Assembly (NCBI GenBank): GCA_024679065.1
Contig: JAGIQG010000023.1
Coordinates: 10,602,001-10,666,000 of the forward strand
Direction of reading: 5' to 3'
DNA: 64,000 bases
From: Sphyrna mokarran
Taxonomy: Eukaryota
This document shows positions 63,577 through 64,000 of this stretch, piece by piece. Position 1 is the stretch's first letter, and each line of letters opens with the position of its first letter. The translations under genes were made by a program, and so were the position numbers. The notes beneath the pieces were generated by a model. The model saw only the letters and a list, made by a program, of their open reading frames with translations, was not told where the DNA came from and did not search any database.

Positions 63577-64000
63577 GTAAGAATCTTTCAGAAGATTGAT
63601 TTTAGCTCTGATAATGTGATCTGGCTGCAATAACACAGGGCAGCTGCTGTGTGAACTCAAATTAATAAAATATCACAACTCCTCATGTGCAAATAGTGAC
63701 CTCCCATATTCCCATTTCTATCCATTTCCATTAACCTATTTCTGTATCCTTTCCTTCTTTATTATCTTCCCGTCATACTCTTACAAAGCAAAAATCATAT
63801 TTATCTAAAACCTCTTTTATTCTTTCATTCATGGGATGTGCCTAAAACACCTTTTATTACCCATCTCTAATTACCCTTCAGAAGGTTGTGGTGAACTGCC
63901 TTCTTCAACTGCTGCAGCCCATGTGGTGTATGTACACCCACAGTGCTGTTAGAGAGGGAGTTCCAGGACTGAGCCAGTAACAGTGAAGGAACAGGGATAG

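Larger units (their letters stand above)
29833..64000 (+). repeat. Large tandem segmental duplication, copy 2 (has intact D4 exon, ~300 bp extra near 41150 and an extra 5035-bp cassette)
   Basis: Direct comparison with 598-28791. Confidence 0.95.
47300..64000 (+). repeat. Intragenic ~5 kb Ig-exon cassette array in gene C (4 exons)
   Basis: Exon spacing 4597, 5408 and 4887 bp; same cassette architecture. Confidence 0.9.

Overview
Eukaryotic, repeat-rich vertebrate DNA, most likely a shark or ray (judged from tRNA-derived HE1-like SINEs with CR1-type tails, CR1 LINEs and Penelope-type terminal repeats). The window holds part of a tandem array (period ~29-35 kb) of + strand, multi-exon genes for CD300/pIgR/TREM-family (skate MDIR-like) multi-V-Ig receptors. 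Gene A is present as its 3' end only, and its membrane-proximal Ig exon is deleted. Gene B is complete and can be spliced by eye: leader 13707-13746; four phase-1 V-Ig exons at 18192, 23162, 28043 and 31912; a 34-nt stalk exon; an Arg-containing TM exon; and a short tail without tyrosine motifs (~521 aa). Gene C is present as its 5' part and carries one extra Ig exon (52955-53281). Each distal Ig exon sits in a ~5 kb cassette (microsatellite, SINE/CR1, Ig exon, Gypsy LTR/integrase remnant). Cassette number differs between paralogs, and the B/C difference maps to a 36-bp window of identity inside the Gypsy integrase remnant. Almost all other ORFs in the track are repeat-derived or low-complexity. 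Identical 138-N gaps and one error-rich stretch mean the assembly needs checking against reads.
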